Assembly: GCF_020745735.1 (NCBI RefSeq)
Contig: NC_083402.1
Coordinates: 8,384,004 to 8,448,003, forward strand
From: Hemiscyllium ocellatum
Taxonomy: Eukaryota
Direction of reading: 5' to 3'
Length of the DNA stretch: 64,000 bases
Part shown: one piece after another, positions 62,820 to 64,000 of the stretch
Layout of the letters: each line of letters opens with the position of its first letter
How positions within the stretch are numbered: the first letter of the stretch is position 1
Translations under genes and position numbers: made by a program
Notes under the pieces: model-generated
Seen by the model: the letters and a program-made list of their open reading frames with translations, nothing else
Database searches by the model: none
What the model was told of the DNA's origin: nothing

Positions 62820-63055
62820 GGAGAAAGTGAGGACTGCAGATGCTAGAGATCAGAGTCGAAGAGTGTGGTGCTGGAAAAGCACAGCTGGCCAGGCAGCATC
62901 TGAGGAGCAGGAGAATCAACGTTTCAGGCATAAGCCCTTCATCAGGAATGAGCCTCATTCCTGATGAAGGGCTTATGCCTGAAACATCGATTCTCCTGCT
63001 CCTCGGATGCTGCCTGGCCGACTGTGCTTTTCCAGCACCACACTCTTCAACTCTA
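62820..63055. mobile_element. Palindromic mini-Penelope pLTR with two head-to-head hammerheads
   Basis: Fold-back centred near 62953. 12-bp TSD atttctgcagtg at 62808-62819 and 63056-63067. Confidence 0.9.
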
Positions 63056-63769
63056 ATTTCTGCAGTGTAAAATTTTAAGAACTGTAAAAGAACAGAAATC
63101 AAGAAGTGCAGAAAGGTGCAAAGGAATCCCTGCAGAAATGATTAATAGTGGTACAGTGAAAATGTCCCTGCACTCGTACAGTAATTCAGAAGCTTCAAGT
63201 AATTCAGCAGACAAGGTTTTGTATCGTACCATGGCAGATGGTGAAAATTTAATTCAATGAAATCTGAAATTAAAAGCTAGTCTAATAGTGACCATATAAG
63301 GACCGTTGGGTCTTGTAAAAAACCATTTAGTTCACTGATGTCCTTTATGGAAGGAAAACTGCTGATTTTACTTGGTAAGGCCTACATGTGATATTCTCCA
63401 GACTCAGGGCAATGTGATTAACTCTGAGCTGCAATCCGAAATGACTCAGCAAACCACTGGAAGCAAAACATTAACTCTGCTTTCTGCCCACAGATGCAGG
63501 CAGACCAGCTGGGTTTCTCCAAAACCTGCTTTTTTTTTAACAAGCCACTCAGATTAAGGGTAATTAGGGATTGGAAAAAAATGCTAGCCCAACCAGTGAC
63601 ATCCACATGCCATGAATGTACAAAGTAAAAGTGACTAACTCAAGTGGGTGGAAAGGAAAACAGCTGGAAGTGTTTTTGAGCACAGAGTATTACCAGTTGA
63701 GAAACAGGGACGGCTGCAACTTTGATTACTCAAACAACTAAGTGAATGAAAAAGACCTTGGCAGGGTGC

Positions 63770-64000
63770 TTTAGATTAGATTAGATTACTTACAGTGTGG
63801 AAACAAGCCCTTCGGCCCAACAATTCCACACCAACCCGCCGAAGCAGCGCCCACCCTTACCCCTAACCTAACATTACACGCAATTCACCTGACCCGCACA
63901 TCTTTGGACTGTGGGAGGAAACTGGAGCACCTGGAGGAAGCCCACGCAGACACGGGGAGAACGTGCAAACTCCACACAGTCAGTCCCCTGAGTCGGGAAT
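63770..64000 (-). mobile_element. HE1/V-SINE cut by the window end
   Basis: (ttaga)n tail and V-domain. Confidence 0.9.

Overview
This is eukaryotic DNA from a cartilaginous fish. The shark assignment is inferred from HE1/V-SINEs, elasmobranch-type CR1 LINEs and Penelope elements. Most of the window is nested retroelement debris around a minus-strand cluster of Ig-superfamily receptor exons. (1) Four small phase-compatible exons (61835-61874, 58803-58864, 53376-53423, 50596-50630) splice into a cytoplasmic tail with two ITIMs (ILYAEI, VTYAAV); its ectodomain and TM exons lie beyond the window. (2) Two intact phase-1 V-set exons follow: a Siglec-15-like domain with the sialic-acid-binding Arg (22637-23023) and a divergent V domain without it (11661-12008). 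(3) A paralogous Siglec-15-like exon start (93-112) is cut by a CR1 insertion. Mobile elements include a near full-length CR1, a Gmr1-type Gypsy (integrase before RT, tRNA-Pro PBS), a spuma/class III-like retroviral gag-pro-RT remnant and many Penelope derivatives carrying minimal hammerhead ribozymes. The most striking structure is a TSD-flanked array of about 2.3 copies of a 325-bp hammerhead-bearing unit (56704-57484), sense-oriented in an intron of the ITIM gene and consistent with rolling-circle reverse transcription of a circular RNA. Repeat boundaries were read by eye and are approximate; exon and TSD coordinates were counted base by base.
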